Shown here: in pieces, positions 17,901 to 25,602 of the stretch | Position numbering within the stretch: the stretch's first letter is position 1 | How the letters are laid out: the number at the start of each line of letters is the position of its first letter | Source of the DNA: a virus | Lineage: Duplodnaviria; Caudoviricetes | Reading direction: 5' to 3' (one strand) | IMG/VR virus record: IMGVR_UViG_3300048611_000032 | Location: 1 to 28,834 of that record | DNA length: 28,834 nucleotides | Position numbers and translations under genes: made by a program | Notes under the pieces: model-generated | The model's database searches: none | Told to the model about the DNA's origin: nothing | Seen by the model: the letters and a program-made list of their open reading frames with translations, nothing else

Positions 17901-19214
17901 TGAAACTGCAATACCAGCTTCTTCAGGTGAGATAACTGTTTGTCCTGGCTTTAATCGAACTCTAGGCTTAGCTGGTTTACCGCCGACAGTAACTGGCTTC
18001 CCTTTAGAAATATCGACTTCAGCATTACCAACCTGCTCCCCCATAGCTTCGGCAGACTTTGTAATCTGCTTAGCCATTTCTTTCTGCGAAGGTGTTTTAA
18101 CATCAGGGTGACGAAGCTGCGCTCGACTATTTGCCTTGTCGATAACAATGTTCATCAAGCCAGAGACGCTAAGCTGCGCACCTGCGCCGACGATTGTCGC
18201 GCCAGTTGTTTCTAGCAAAGCTTTATTAATGTCTTTAATCGTAACGTCGTCGCGGAGTTGCAGGTTCCAGTCTTCTAAAATAGTAGCAACTGAAACTAAG
18301 TTCTCACCCATGATGTCAGTGACTAGAAACTCAGCCGCCTTTTGCATAAAGGGAGATTTCTTAGCCAAGGCTCCCATTGGCGTGGCTTCGGTAAAACCGG
18401 CAAGGCCGCCGATTAAACCAGCACTGATCGCGGCTTCGCCTTCCGGAACACGTAGTGAGCGAAGTTCGCCGTAACGTTGCAGCCCTTCCATTCCACCGAG
18501 AGCAACTAGAGCTGGGACTTGTGCGCCAGGAACAAGCGCACCGGCGGTGACAATAGGGACAGTAATAGCTGCACTGGATAAACCAGACTGAATCGTACGC
18601 TCAATCGGCCCGGCGTCGGAAGGAATAGCATCCTGCATAGCGGTTAGATGCTGACGAGTTTGTCTCGCCGCCCGCCCGGATTGCATCTCTGCTCCAAACG
18701 CCCGGTCGGATGCCCCAGCGGCGTTCTGTGCGGCCACGTCGCGTACGATCCTGGTGAGGCCAGTCCACTTGTGCTCTCCCGGTTTCATCGTACGGGAGAG
18801 TTTACCAGACGCAAGCTGTTCAGCGGAAGAAGCTTCGCCAATCGCAATAGAGTCTGCTACAGCTTGATCGATACTAGAGCCTAGGGAACGGAGGGAAGCT
18901 TTGACAGTGGCGGTGATATTCCCAGGCAATCTCTTTGCAGCAGTTAAATCAGCATTCGGGTTAACAGGTTCTGGAACTCTACCCCCACCAGGAAAAGCTC
19001 TACGGGTTGCAGTTAAAGCTGTTGGCGGAATCGGCGCGCCTGGAACACTAGGCGCGGCTTTAGCTCGTTTAGAAGAAACTGGCGCAGCCATGGTAACATC
19101 AGCGGCTTCAGCAAAGCTGATTTCGCCGCCGCTCCCGCCGCCAGTAGAAGCAGGTTCTGGCCTGACAACAGGTCCCATTACCTCTTCAAACGAGATTTCA
19201 GCTTCGCCGGCCAT
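14922..19214 (-). CDS. Large internal virion / ejection protein (P22 gp16 position) with embedded GNAT-like domain
   Basis: 1430 aa, Ala/Gly-rich helical N-terminal half; third gene after the GNAT in P22-like order; internal VVPGERGKGNSQAMM motif. Confidence 0.75.
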   Translation of the reverse strand: MAGEAEISFEEVMGPVVRPEPASTGGGSGGEISFAEAADVTMAAPVSSKRAKAAPSVPGAPIPPTALTATRRAFPGGGRVPEPVNPNADLTAAKRLPGNITATVKASLRSLGSSIDQAVADSIAIGEASSAEQLASGKLSRTMKPGEHKWTGLTRIVRDVAAQNAAGASDRAFGAEMQSGRAARQTRQHLTAMQDAIPSDAGPIERTIQSGLSSAAITVPIVTAGALVPGAQVPALVALGGMEGLQRYGELRSLRVPEGEAAISAGLIGGLAGFTEATPMGALAKKSPFMQKAAEFLVTDIMGENLVSVATILEDWNLQLRDDVTIKDINKALLETTGATIVGAGAQLSVSGLMNIVIDKANSRAQLRHPDVKTPSQKEMAKQITKSAEAMGEQVGNAEVDISKGKPVTVGGKPAKPRVRLKPGQTVISPEEAGIAVSKTVAELPTKVPAKPTTVNTPVHTVDEDTGQHTVALPSGTGELLAQENGNYLQVKRADVVPGERGKGNSQAMMATLADIAVERGLTLASDFSVSPDAQRVYEALSKKGFEVKENPNSPGVNGSKVSNHPRIPVYEVSRPAATATITAEPTPAAVAQATQIFASGPTLDALPGGLFVKGKLTAWYDEIIRTINPEALGPKAKMAAAVLANKIAESMNKDATNHGYAKNRIRFWEKMSGKAVLDFISFFESGAKFKNPVFQKAADNIRQRNQAIFTADQNLGIKYDPVDNYLYHVFKDGDKLAAHFEAKYGAKWGDPKFTKDRAFDFYAEAIKAGFVPQFTNPEEIMLARQHASDIAEMRVTLLRDLETYGLAKKKTKNDPDSPKGVQSNYRRSPTGEGYWVDAQADAILHNAFDTKSLWAMSGLVGDTFRGAMFLKNTIVPVKLALSLFHPLHVATIDNATGMVRASKALLSGQTNPIQWLGQMIDAGLYGSKGIPFKGVWDNPKLGGRLLRAYQGKIDAASLTGADLQAFQYMSEGGMIPEMSVQYKTGAIDSLRKAIQQTINEPGIKRTEGAVKTVWYLPFAVIQSLQKPMFEIWIPSLKIASYLKDVQTAIKVDPTLITDKGRRLLAFRKLAKSIDNRYGEMAYNTLFWNRTVKDLAVANTLSLGWNLGFIREYGGGLLDVGQSVTSKGSLSQKAKKGLLDRPLFVSFYTIQSLMYGGLMTYLLGGEPPKEMIDYLYPKNGNAKPNGDPERVNTMFYPREFAAIAKHIEHEGLAPGLWHIASNKASGVVGMVKQWATGVNWMDQEIRDPNSPWHEKLRQTIKATFIDLEPISMKATRVSERTAKDVILNVSGFSPAPKYAEQSHVEGEISTLYRKYYAAKQTPYETALLSNDRRELSRLYDKGDIEGYGELLETMLEKYQLTAKEQQRLAQNVLKRGQDFNPYISMFEKLPWQRQKRLLDKMTEEERAEYLPSANREHLRFSYEEPAASDD

Positions 19215-19219
19215 TTGCC

Positions 19220-20419
19220 TTAAGCTCCTTCGTCGATATCAGTATGCTCATTGTCGAAGTCTTCGTCTTCTTCCAATTCAGCATCTAAGTCAGCTTCTGC
19301 TTCTTCATCTGAGACTGCTTGAAAACCAGAACCAGTCCAAAGTAAAGTTTGCCCTTCGTACTTACCTCTTCCCTGGTAATACATGTTAACGCGGAGTTTT
19401 GCTTGAGCAGCCGCCAAGTCTTGAGGCCTATTGCTTTTTGCTTCAGGCATAGCGATAGGAGCTGTTTTAGAACCAGCCATCCGAGTTCGCCGGCGGAGTC
19501 CGCCGAAGTCGCCTTTAGCCTGAGCTTCATTAAACGCACGGCGAGCAGCTTGACTACGAGGAAGATTATCATCCCGCATTAAAGCTGTCATTCGTTCAGC
19601 AATAGGCCGAGCTAAAATCCTGGCGTCTTCAGGCGTTACTGATCCCATGTATTCAGCGTTGATGATATCGCTAACTGATCTAACATCTTCAGCTTTAGGC
19701 GGCTTTGCGCCAGCTTTCTGCAAAGCAATATCACGGGTGTTAGTTAAACGTTCTTGCGCCTTAATCAACTCAATCCTAGCTGAGCTTTCACTCGCGTTAG
19801 CAAGCGAAGCATCTGCACGGGCCCGTGCAGCGTCTGTCACCGCCCGCTCTTTTTGTGTAACGACAGTGTCTTGGATCTTCGCCACAAGTTCAGGACTGTA
19901 TTCCATTTGTGCAAAGGGGCTGGGTTTGCCAGTTGTCATTGCAAACAAGTTATTAGCTTGTTTCCAGCTGGCTTCGTCTCCGACACTTTGCAAAAGGTTA
20001 GAAGCTAAGGTTAAATCCTTAATCCTAGCGTTAAGCTCCTTGTCTTTAATTTCTGCCGCGTTAGTGCGAATAGTTGAAGCTTTTGAAGCGTATTCAGCAG
20101 CTTGCTGCGGCAGCCCACTCTGCAAAGCCATCTTTGCTAATTGGTCTAAGCTGTTAGGGATATCATCGAGTTCTGACCGACCACCGCCGGGAGGCGCTTG
20201 TTCAGAGGAGTCATCGCGGGCAGCTGATTGCCCACGCATCATTTCAATCATCTTTTTCTGCGACTCAAGCGCGATCTCACTAGACTCTAGTGCAACTTCA
20301 GATTGCTGAATCTCCACATCGCCTTTACGTAAAGCCATGTTAGCGAGAGACTGCTGCATGTCTTCTTGCCTGCGAGCAGACTGGCCAGCTGCAAAACCCC
20401 AAAGTTCAGCCATGATCAT
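19220..20419 (-). CDS. Internal virion / ejection protein (P22 gp20 position)
   Basis: Ala/Gln-rich helical protein with an acidic C-terminus; synteny. Confidence 0.65.
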   Translation of the reverse strand: MIMAELWGFAAGQSARRQEDMQQSLANMALRKGDVEIQQSEVALESSEIALESQKKMIEMMRGQSAARDDSSEQAPPGGGRSELDDIPNSLDQLAKMALQSGLPQQAAEYASKASTIRTNAAEIKDKELNARIKDLTLASNLLQSVGDEASWKQANNLFAMTTGKPSPFAQMEYSPELVAKIQDTVVTQKERAVTDAARARADASLANASESSARIELIKAQERLTNTRDIALQKAGAKPPKAEDVRSVSDIINAEYMGSVTPEDARILARPIAERMTALMRDDNLPRSQAARRAFNEAQAKGDFGGLRRRTRMAGSKTAPIAMPEAKSNRPQDLAAAQAKLRVNMYYQGRGKYEGQTLLWTGSGFQAVSDEEAEADLDAELEEDEDFDNEHTDIDEGA

Positions 20420-20997
20420 TCTCCAGGAACGTTAACCATATAGCCGCCGCCAGCATGCATAGTGCCTGGGATAGAAGTACTACTGCCAAAGCTACCGCTT
20501 CCACCGACACCGCCGGCTACTCCGCCAACACTTCCACCACTACCGCCAAAGGCGTAGCCTAAGGAAGACAGAGCTCCGCCGAGTTGCTGGTAAGAAGCGT
20601 CATAAGATCCTTGCGCTACCTGCCCAGCGCTAGCCGGATTGAATTGCGCACCTGATAAACTAGCTAGCAAATTCTTCTGCTGTTGTAGGTAAGTGCTGGA
20701 GAAAGACTGACCAAAACGTTGAAGAGCAACAGCGGCGTTGCCAGAACCAGCAAATCCTTGAGCAGAACTAGACCGTTCGACTGCTTGCATTCCTTGATCA
20801 AAAGACGCTTGGTAACCGGCGTCTTCAAAGATCTTATTAGGATTCTGCATTAAGTCGATTAGTTGGTCAGCAAAGTACTGCTGTCGCTGGTTTTGACTTC
20901 CAGCAATACCCGCCATTTTATCGCCTTGCTTTTTGGAATTATAAGCGCTGTAAGCGCCTACTCCAGCACTGACGACAGCAGTAGTAATCGCAGCCAT
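20416..20997 (-). CDS. DNA transfer / pilot protein (P22 gp7-like)
   Basis: Gly/Ala/Ser-rich N-terminus and GYQASFDQG..AVERSSSAQG..GSGNAAVALQRFGQ motif. Confidence 0.8.
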   Translation of the reverse strand: MAAITTAVVSAGVGAYSAYNSKKQGDKMAGIAGSQNQRQQYFADQLIDLMQNPNKIFEDAGYQASFDQGMQAVERSSSAQGFAGSGNAAVALQRFGQSFSSTYLQQQKNLLASLSGAQFNPASAGQVAQGSYDASYQQLGGALSSLGYAFGGSGGSVGGVAGGVGGSGSFGSSTSIPGTMHAGGGYMVNVPGE

Positions 20998-20998
20998 T

Positions 20999-21448
20999 TT
21001 ACAACACCTTCATATAAACGCTTTCAGCGTGTTTAAAGCCAGCTCGTTTGTAGACTGCGCAAACCTGATCATGCATTGAATCAGCCAATGCAATCATACT
21101 CCAAAACGTAACGCCTTTGTCTTTAGCAGCTTGCTGCAAAGCGACTCGCAAACGAGTACCTGCTTTGTTTCCGCGATGCTCTGGGTCGATCCACCAAAAG
21201 GCTTCAACACCTTGCAAAAACCCAAAGTTCCAATACAAGGGAGCGATGAATGCAGCTGCAGTTCCGACAACTTTATCTTCGACTTCAACCACCAACAACA
21301 GATGTTCTCTTAGCAATTGCTCAAAAGTCTGAATCAAAGACTCTTCATCAATATCAGTGAACTCTCTGTGTGGGTTGAACTCGAAGAACTTATGGCCGAT
21401 CTGCACCAAGGCGGCGAAATCCAAATATTTAGCTTTACGAATTAACAT
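20999..21448 (-). CDS. GNAT-family acetyltransferase (P22 gp14 position)
   Basis: IRKA start, LLVVEVEDKVVG, EAFWWIDPEHRG, VYKRAGF. Confidence 0.9.
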   Translation of the reverse strand: MLIRKAKYLDFAALVQIGHKFFEFNPHREFTDIDEESLIQTFEQLLREHLLLVVEVEDKVVGTAAAFIAPLYWNFGFLQGVEAFWWIDPEHRGNKAGTRLRVALQQAAKDKGVTFWSMIALADSMHDQVCAVYKRAGFKHAESVYMKVL

Positions 21449-21461
21449 CTCTTTATCACCT

Positions 21462-21995
21462 TTAGTAAAAAGCAGTAAGCACTAACCTTCCATTTTCAGC
21501 ATTGGTTCCAAAGCCTCCAACAGGTTCTGCACGATGCATTAAGTTAGCTGGGAATAACGCTACTCTGTTAGGCACCATGTCAGCTTGTTCGTAGACTTTC
21601 CATGCTTTAGGGTTGTTAGTGTCTCGCCGCCAAATGTTCAACTCTTCTTCATCTCTCGGATCACTTCGCATTCCAGTTTCTTTATGCTCAACTAAAGACG
21701 TTCCGCCTTTGCAATGCTGAGCACGAGTTAAGTAAAGCATTAACGATTGCTGCCCCATTGAAGTGTCAGTATGGGCTTGATGAGGAGCCTTTACCCCGGC
21801 TAAACTCAACCGCATAAAGAGGGTCTTGGGCTGGCCGAAAAACTGCTTTACTACATTAGGAATGTCAATACTGATGTCTGGATAAACAACACCATCGACA
21901 GGGTTGGTGATTCCTGCATAAGGGATCTTGTCACAATGGTTTCTTAACATTGTGAAGATATCAGCAGGAAGGAAATCGTCTATAACTTCGAACAT
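21462..21995 (-). CDS. 2OG-Fe(II) dioxygenase (DUF6445-like)
   Basis: VIDDFL start, HTD (HxD), LYL...GGT, NRVALFPANLMH distal His, and RL 2OG-binding Arg. Confidence 0.88.
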   Translation of the reverse strand: MFEVIDDFLPADIFTMLRNHCDKIPYAGITNPVDGVVYPDISIDIPNVVKQFFGQPKTLFMRLSLAGVKAPHQAHTDTSMGQQSLMLYLTRAQHCKGGTSLVEHKETGMRSDPRDEEELNIWRRDTNNPKAWKVYEQADMVPNRVALFPANLMHRAEPVGGFGTNAENGRLVLTAFY

Positions 21996-22003
21996 AAATT
22001 ACT

Positions 22004-22222
22004 TTAAGTCGCTGCTACTTCATTTATCAAGACGCCGTTCTCGAACTCCATCGAACCTGTAGCACCAGCCCCGGTAATCGCAGCTGTAATGATGGTTCCT
22101 GTGAAACCTTTACTCAATAACTGATCTATCGCATTCATCCAGCCGATCATGTCTTGAGAAGGTCGGCCTTCGGAATCAGCGATCTTGGTAATCGCAATCG
22201 GCGGAGGAGTTAGCATCGCCAT
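22004..22222 (-). CDS. Small virion protein (P22 gp26 tail-needle position)
   Basis: TAATG coupling to the hub gene; GFTGTI...GSMEFENGVLI terminal motif. Confidence 0.6.
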   Translation of the reverse strand: MAMLTPPPIAITKIADSEGRPSQDMIGWMNAIDQLLSKGFTGTIITAAITGAGATGSMEFENGVLINEVAAT

Positions 22223-23703
22223 TAGATTGTACCTATGTCGATTTGCAAATCCACTGTCTTCATTCGAAAAGCTGTATTACCTTTGTAGCGGAAGTTCCAA
22301 GCTCTGGAAGTAAACGAACCGCAATCAGTTAACTGTGGAACGTCGATTGACAAGTCAACAGTGCGAAAGTTCGACCATGCAGCAGGGTCGTAGTCTCTGT
22401 CGTTATGTCGGACTTCCAACATGCCTTGAATTCTATCTGCGCTGAACAACATCGCCGCGAGCTGTTTAGAGCGCTTTGTTCCAGCGTCGTAACGAGGAGT
22501 GTAGATGTCCAAGGGGACAATTGTCCCTGCATCGTTTGGATAAATGTAGTCTTCGTCCATGAAGAACAAGTTACCTGTAATATCCTGTGCTACATAAGTC
22601 CAGGCGTCAGGAACAATTGAACTTCGCATGTAAGTAACTTGTGTCGGAGTCCAGCGTCCACCGGTTGCGTTAGTCCACTGATACCAGAGGTTTTCGCTGA
22701 TATCGTAGACTAAAGTAAAGCCAATGTTCTGTGTGCTGATAGTGAAGAACTTATGTCCGCCGAGTTTAATGACAGAGCTGAACCAGTTATCTCCACTGCC
22801 TGCTCGAAGCATTCTATCAATCGCTGGAGTAGAAACAATAGAAGGCTGCATACGGTCTAGTAACATTACCTGAGGACCAGAACTGCGGTTAGTTGAGATC
22901 CAAATCAAAGCTCCGTCGATTTCTTGTATAGCGCCTGCATTCAATAATCCATAAGGTAAACTAGCTCCTCTGACGTAAGACAAAGGAGAGCCTGTTGGGT
23001 TGCCGGCGTTATAAAAGAAATCGCTAGTCCATTGCTTTAAAGCGATTATATAGTTTAAATGCTTGGTTAAATAAACTCCATAGTCTGGTTCGCTACGAGC
23101 CTGAATAGAGTTTAACAAATCCCAGATTGCAGGATCGTCTAAGTTGGTAGTGCCTCTGATCTCACGCGGAGTTACTAAGACAAACAAAAACCCGTCAAGA
23201 TAGCCCCAGCCTCGGCGGAAAGAGTTAGTACCTGTCGGGAAATCGTCAGCGCCTAAGATCTGCGTCACCGTTGTTCCGTCGGTGAAATAAGCTGTTGTAC
23301 CATCGCCGAAGACTAGTTCTTGCGCAGAACCTGCTCCTGGGACAGTTACAAAAGAATTAAATCCGCTAGCGCCTACGACTGTTGAGCCAATGTTTGTGCC
23401 GGCTAAGGTTATTAAATTATGGCTGAAAACATCATTGCCTACAATGGAGATAAGCTTTCCGATACCTGGAGAGGATTCAAAGAAATAAACACCTTTACCA
23501 ACTCCGCCGCCGCTGACATACTGAGTTGTTGAAAACCCAGGACGTTTGTAAATCTGATACTCGCCAGTGGTTGGATCGCGTTCAGCATAGCCGTTCACAA
23601 TCCTAACAGACTTTTCAAACGTGTTATCCCTGGAATCAAACGGGCCAGTTAACTGCACCCGCTTCGGAATAGGAACGCTGTCGAACTGTGTTTGGCGAGC
23701 CAT
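22222..23703 (-). CDS. Tail hub / DNA stabilisation protein (P22 gp10-like)
   Basis: 493 aa beta-rich protein with KRPG, YLDG, VSTPAIDR and TLVYD....WYQW motifs; C-terminal GSFTSRAW. Confidence 0.88.
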   Translation of the reverse strand: MARQTQFDSVPIPKRVQLTGPFDSRDNTFEKSVRIVNGYAERDPTTGEYQIYKRPGFSTTQYVSGGGVGKGVYFFESSPGIGKLISIVGNDVFSHNLITLAGTNIGSTVVGASGFNSFVTVPGAGSAQELVFGDGTTAYFTDGTTVTQILGADDFPTGTNSFRRGWGYLDGFLFVLVTPREIRGTTNLDDPAIWDLLNSIQARSEPDYGVYLTKHLNYIIALKQWTSDFFYNAGNPTGSPLSYVRGASLPYGLLNAGAIQEIDGALIWISTNRSSGPQVMLLDRMQPSIVSTPAIDRMLRAGSGDNWFSSVIKLGGHKFFTISTQNIGFTLVYDISENLWYQWTNATGGRWTPTQVTYMRSSIVPDAWTYVAQDITGNLFFMDEDYIYPNDAGTIVPLDIYTPRYDAGTKRSKQLAAMLFSADRIQGMLEVRHNDRDYDPAAWSNFRTVDLSIDVPQLTDCGSFTSRAWNFRYKGNTAFRMKTVDLQIDIGTI

Positions 23704-24431
23704 TAACGGAAACTACCATTCATTTGAGTGGAACGAGAGTCTGGAGTGAAACGAGTTGAAGTATCTTCGACGTCCCAATCTTCCAAAGCCATGCGGTAGA
23801 TGGCAGCACGTTGCTGGCAACGATCCATGATAGCTTGAGGTTGGCCGGTGGAGATTTCATCGGCTAAAGCCCATTGCAGCCACATAAACCATTCTTGTGG
23901 GAAGCTGAGAGCGTCAGTCAAACTCACCATGTTAGGGACTTGGATCTGAGTGATAAGGTGAACTTCGCCAGTAGCGGCTTCTGCGTCAGGAGTATTCCAC
24001 AGGTAAACGTTGAGAGAGAGCTGTTGCTTGTCGACGAAGTAAGAAGAGATAGCGCCCTGTTGAACGACATTCGATAACCGAGTGTACTCGTCTCGCGATA
24101 GCGGCGGGTCAATAGGGCGCTTGTTGTCTGAAGAGTCGATATAATAACCTTGGATGATGCGCATCGGCTTGGTCATTACGACGTTGCCGGCAGGGCCCAT
24201 TGAGTAAAGAGCTGTGCCGGCAGTGAGAATAGGTGAAGCGATTGCAATGTCTTCGTTGAGCCAAAGCTTTAAACCTTGAGTCTGCTCGACGTTGATGATG
24301 TCGTTTAAGCGGTTGAGATACTCGGCGTACTGGGAAGGAGTGGGCTCAGAATCCTGGCCCAGCTTCCCCGCATTCCGCATAGCGTAGGTGATGACGCGCA
24401 GAGGAGTGTTGAAGGTGACTGGGCCAGGCAT
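23703..24431 (-). CDS. Head-tail adaptor (P22 gp4-like)
   Basis: VITYAMRNAG...YLNRLNDII and FPQEWFMWLQWALA motifs; directly before the hub gene. Confidence 0.8.
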   Translation of the reverse strand: MPGPVTFNTPLRVITYAMRNAGKLGQDSEPTPSQYAEYLNRLNDIINVEQTQGLKLWLNEDIAIASPILTAGTALYSMGPAGNVVMTKPMRIIQGYYIDSSDNKRPIDPPLSRDEYTRLSNVVQQGAISSYFVDKQQLSLNVYLWNTPDAEAATGEVHLITQIQVPNMVSLTDALSFPQEWFMWLQWALADEISTGQPQAIMDRCQQRAAIYRMALEDWDVEDTSTRFTPDSRSTQMNGSFR

Positions 24432-24443
24432 GAGAGGAGTTCC

Positions 24444-24488
24444 TTAAAAATAGCTCTGTGTTGAAACAAGCTTAACTAAAACTGTCAT
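24444..24488 (-). CDS. Candidate 14-aa mini-ORF MTVLVKLVSTQSYF
   Basis: TAAGGAAATTAT-ATG start; its TAA forms part of the TAAGGA SD of the adaptor gene. Confidence 0.35.
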   Translation of the reverse strand: MTVLVKLVSTQSYF

Positions 24489-24500
24489 ATAATTTCCTTA

Positions 24501-25454
24501 TTAAGGCACACCAGCTGTAATACCAGCTGACCCAGCATTACCATTCCAGGTATCAGTAGATTGAGCTTCTTGATAACCACCAGCAGCACTGTAAGTACCA
24601 GACAATGAATTCCAGACAACCTGATTTGCGCCAGCTCCTCCACGAAGATCAATGCCACCGGAATTCGCTGCAGCAGTAAACGCTCCGATAACATTATCTT
24701 TAATAATAAAGTTACGAGCCGCCATGATAATTTGATTAGTGTTTGTACCAAACACGTTATCGTGGATAAACCACTGATTACATTCAATAGTCCCAGCCAT
24801 CGCAGTTGTCATACCGTCGAACTGACACCAGCCGACTTCAACATTGAAAGGGATTTCAGTAAACACTCCAGCAACGCCGCCGCGAATGCCGATGCCTGCT
24901 CCGGCAAAGCGACAGCCAAGAATCGACGCATGAGAAGCATCGCGTTCAGCGTCGCCTGCCCCTGCATTACGCACTATCTCGATGCAAGCTGCGTTGGCGT
25001 CGACAGCGGTAAAGAGCAGATTCATAAACCGCCAGCCCTGCTGCAGTACTCTAACAGTTGCTTGTGCAGCTACACCACCGCTGGCTGGCGGTGCCCATTG
25101 AGAGGCAGCCCAGTTACCACCAGCAGGAGTCGCGTCTGCGTGTCGGGGGCGATTGCCACAGCCAACAACGGTAACGTCGAAGATCTGAACAGGAGTGACC
25201 AGCTGTTCAACGACTTTACCGATAACGTAGATCACATCACCAGAGGCAATAGAAGCGAAAGCCCTGGCCATGGTGGAAAAGGCAGTTGCCGGAGACCGGC
25301 CATTCCCGTTGCCGCCGTAGGAAGTATCGACGAACCAAGCCCGGCCTTTGTTCTGCCTACCAGCGACGTTATAAAAAACCTTTTGAGCAGCAAAGCTGCC
25401 AACTCCAACAGGCATACCGCCGTATTGGAAGACACCATCAGAGAAAGTAGTCAT
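24501..25454 (-). CDS. Beta-helix (pectin-lyase-like) virion protein, possible head fibre
   Basis: WFVD...GNGNGRSPATAFSTMARAF...GDVIYV opening motif followed by beta-helix rungs; GGAGA SD; directly downstream of the capsid gene. Confidence 0.7.
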   Translation of the reverse strand: MTTFSDGVFQYGGMPVGVGSFAAQKVFYNVAGRQNKGRAWFVDTSYGGNGNGRSPATAFSTMARAFASIASGDVIYVIGKVVEQLVTPVQIFDVTVVGCGNRPRHADATPAGGNWAASQWAPPASGGVAAQATVRVLQQGWRFMNLLFTAVDANAACIEIVRNAGAGDAERDASHASILGCRFAGAGIGIRGGVAGVFTEIPFNVEVGWCQFDGMTTAMAGTIECNQWFIHDNVFGTNTNQIIMAARNFIIKDNVIGAFTAAANSGGIDLRGGAGANQVVWNSLSGTYSAAGGYQEAQSTDTWNGNAGSAGITAGVP

Positions 25455-25551
25455 CGTCTTGATCTCCGCAACCTCTGCTCGGGGGAGTTCCCAGCAGCCT
25501 GGCCAAGGCCAGCAGAGGCGATTAGTGAAGGGTGGCCGAGAGGAGGAAAAT

Positions 25552-25586
25552 TAAACGTGCATAATCCTACCAATTATGCACGTTTA
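25552..25586. repeat. Palindromic site copy 3 with perfect 14-bp arms; may also act as terminator after the capsid gene
   Basis: TAAACGTGCATAAT-CCTACCA-ATTATGCACGTTTA, followed by ATTTT on the - strand. Confidence 0.85.
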
Positions 25587-25602
25587 TAATCAACAACTAA
25601 CC

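Noticed and set aside
19647-20309. 220-aa + strand ORF antisense to the gp20-position gene, and similar shadow ORFs elsewhere
   Set aside because: Low-complexity Ser/Ala/Leu mirror of an Ala-rich gene; no independent evidence.
21976-22004. Possible fourth palindrome copy (TCGTCTATAAC-TTCGAAC-ATAAATTACTT)
   Set aside because: The right arm has three mismatches, the left arm one, and it overlaps coding sequence; too degenerate to call without a PWM.
24432-25545. 8-bp direct repeats GAGAGGAG and GGAGTTCC flanking the 317-aa gene
   Set aside because: Too short to distinguish from chance.
25552-25586. Canonical dif site or attP
   Set aside because: The centre between ATAA and TTAT is 9 bp rather than 6, there is no XerD arm TTATGTTAAAT, spacers differ between copies, and no integrase is in the window.
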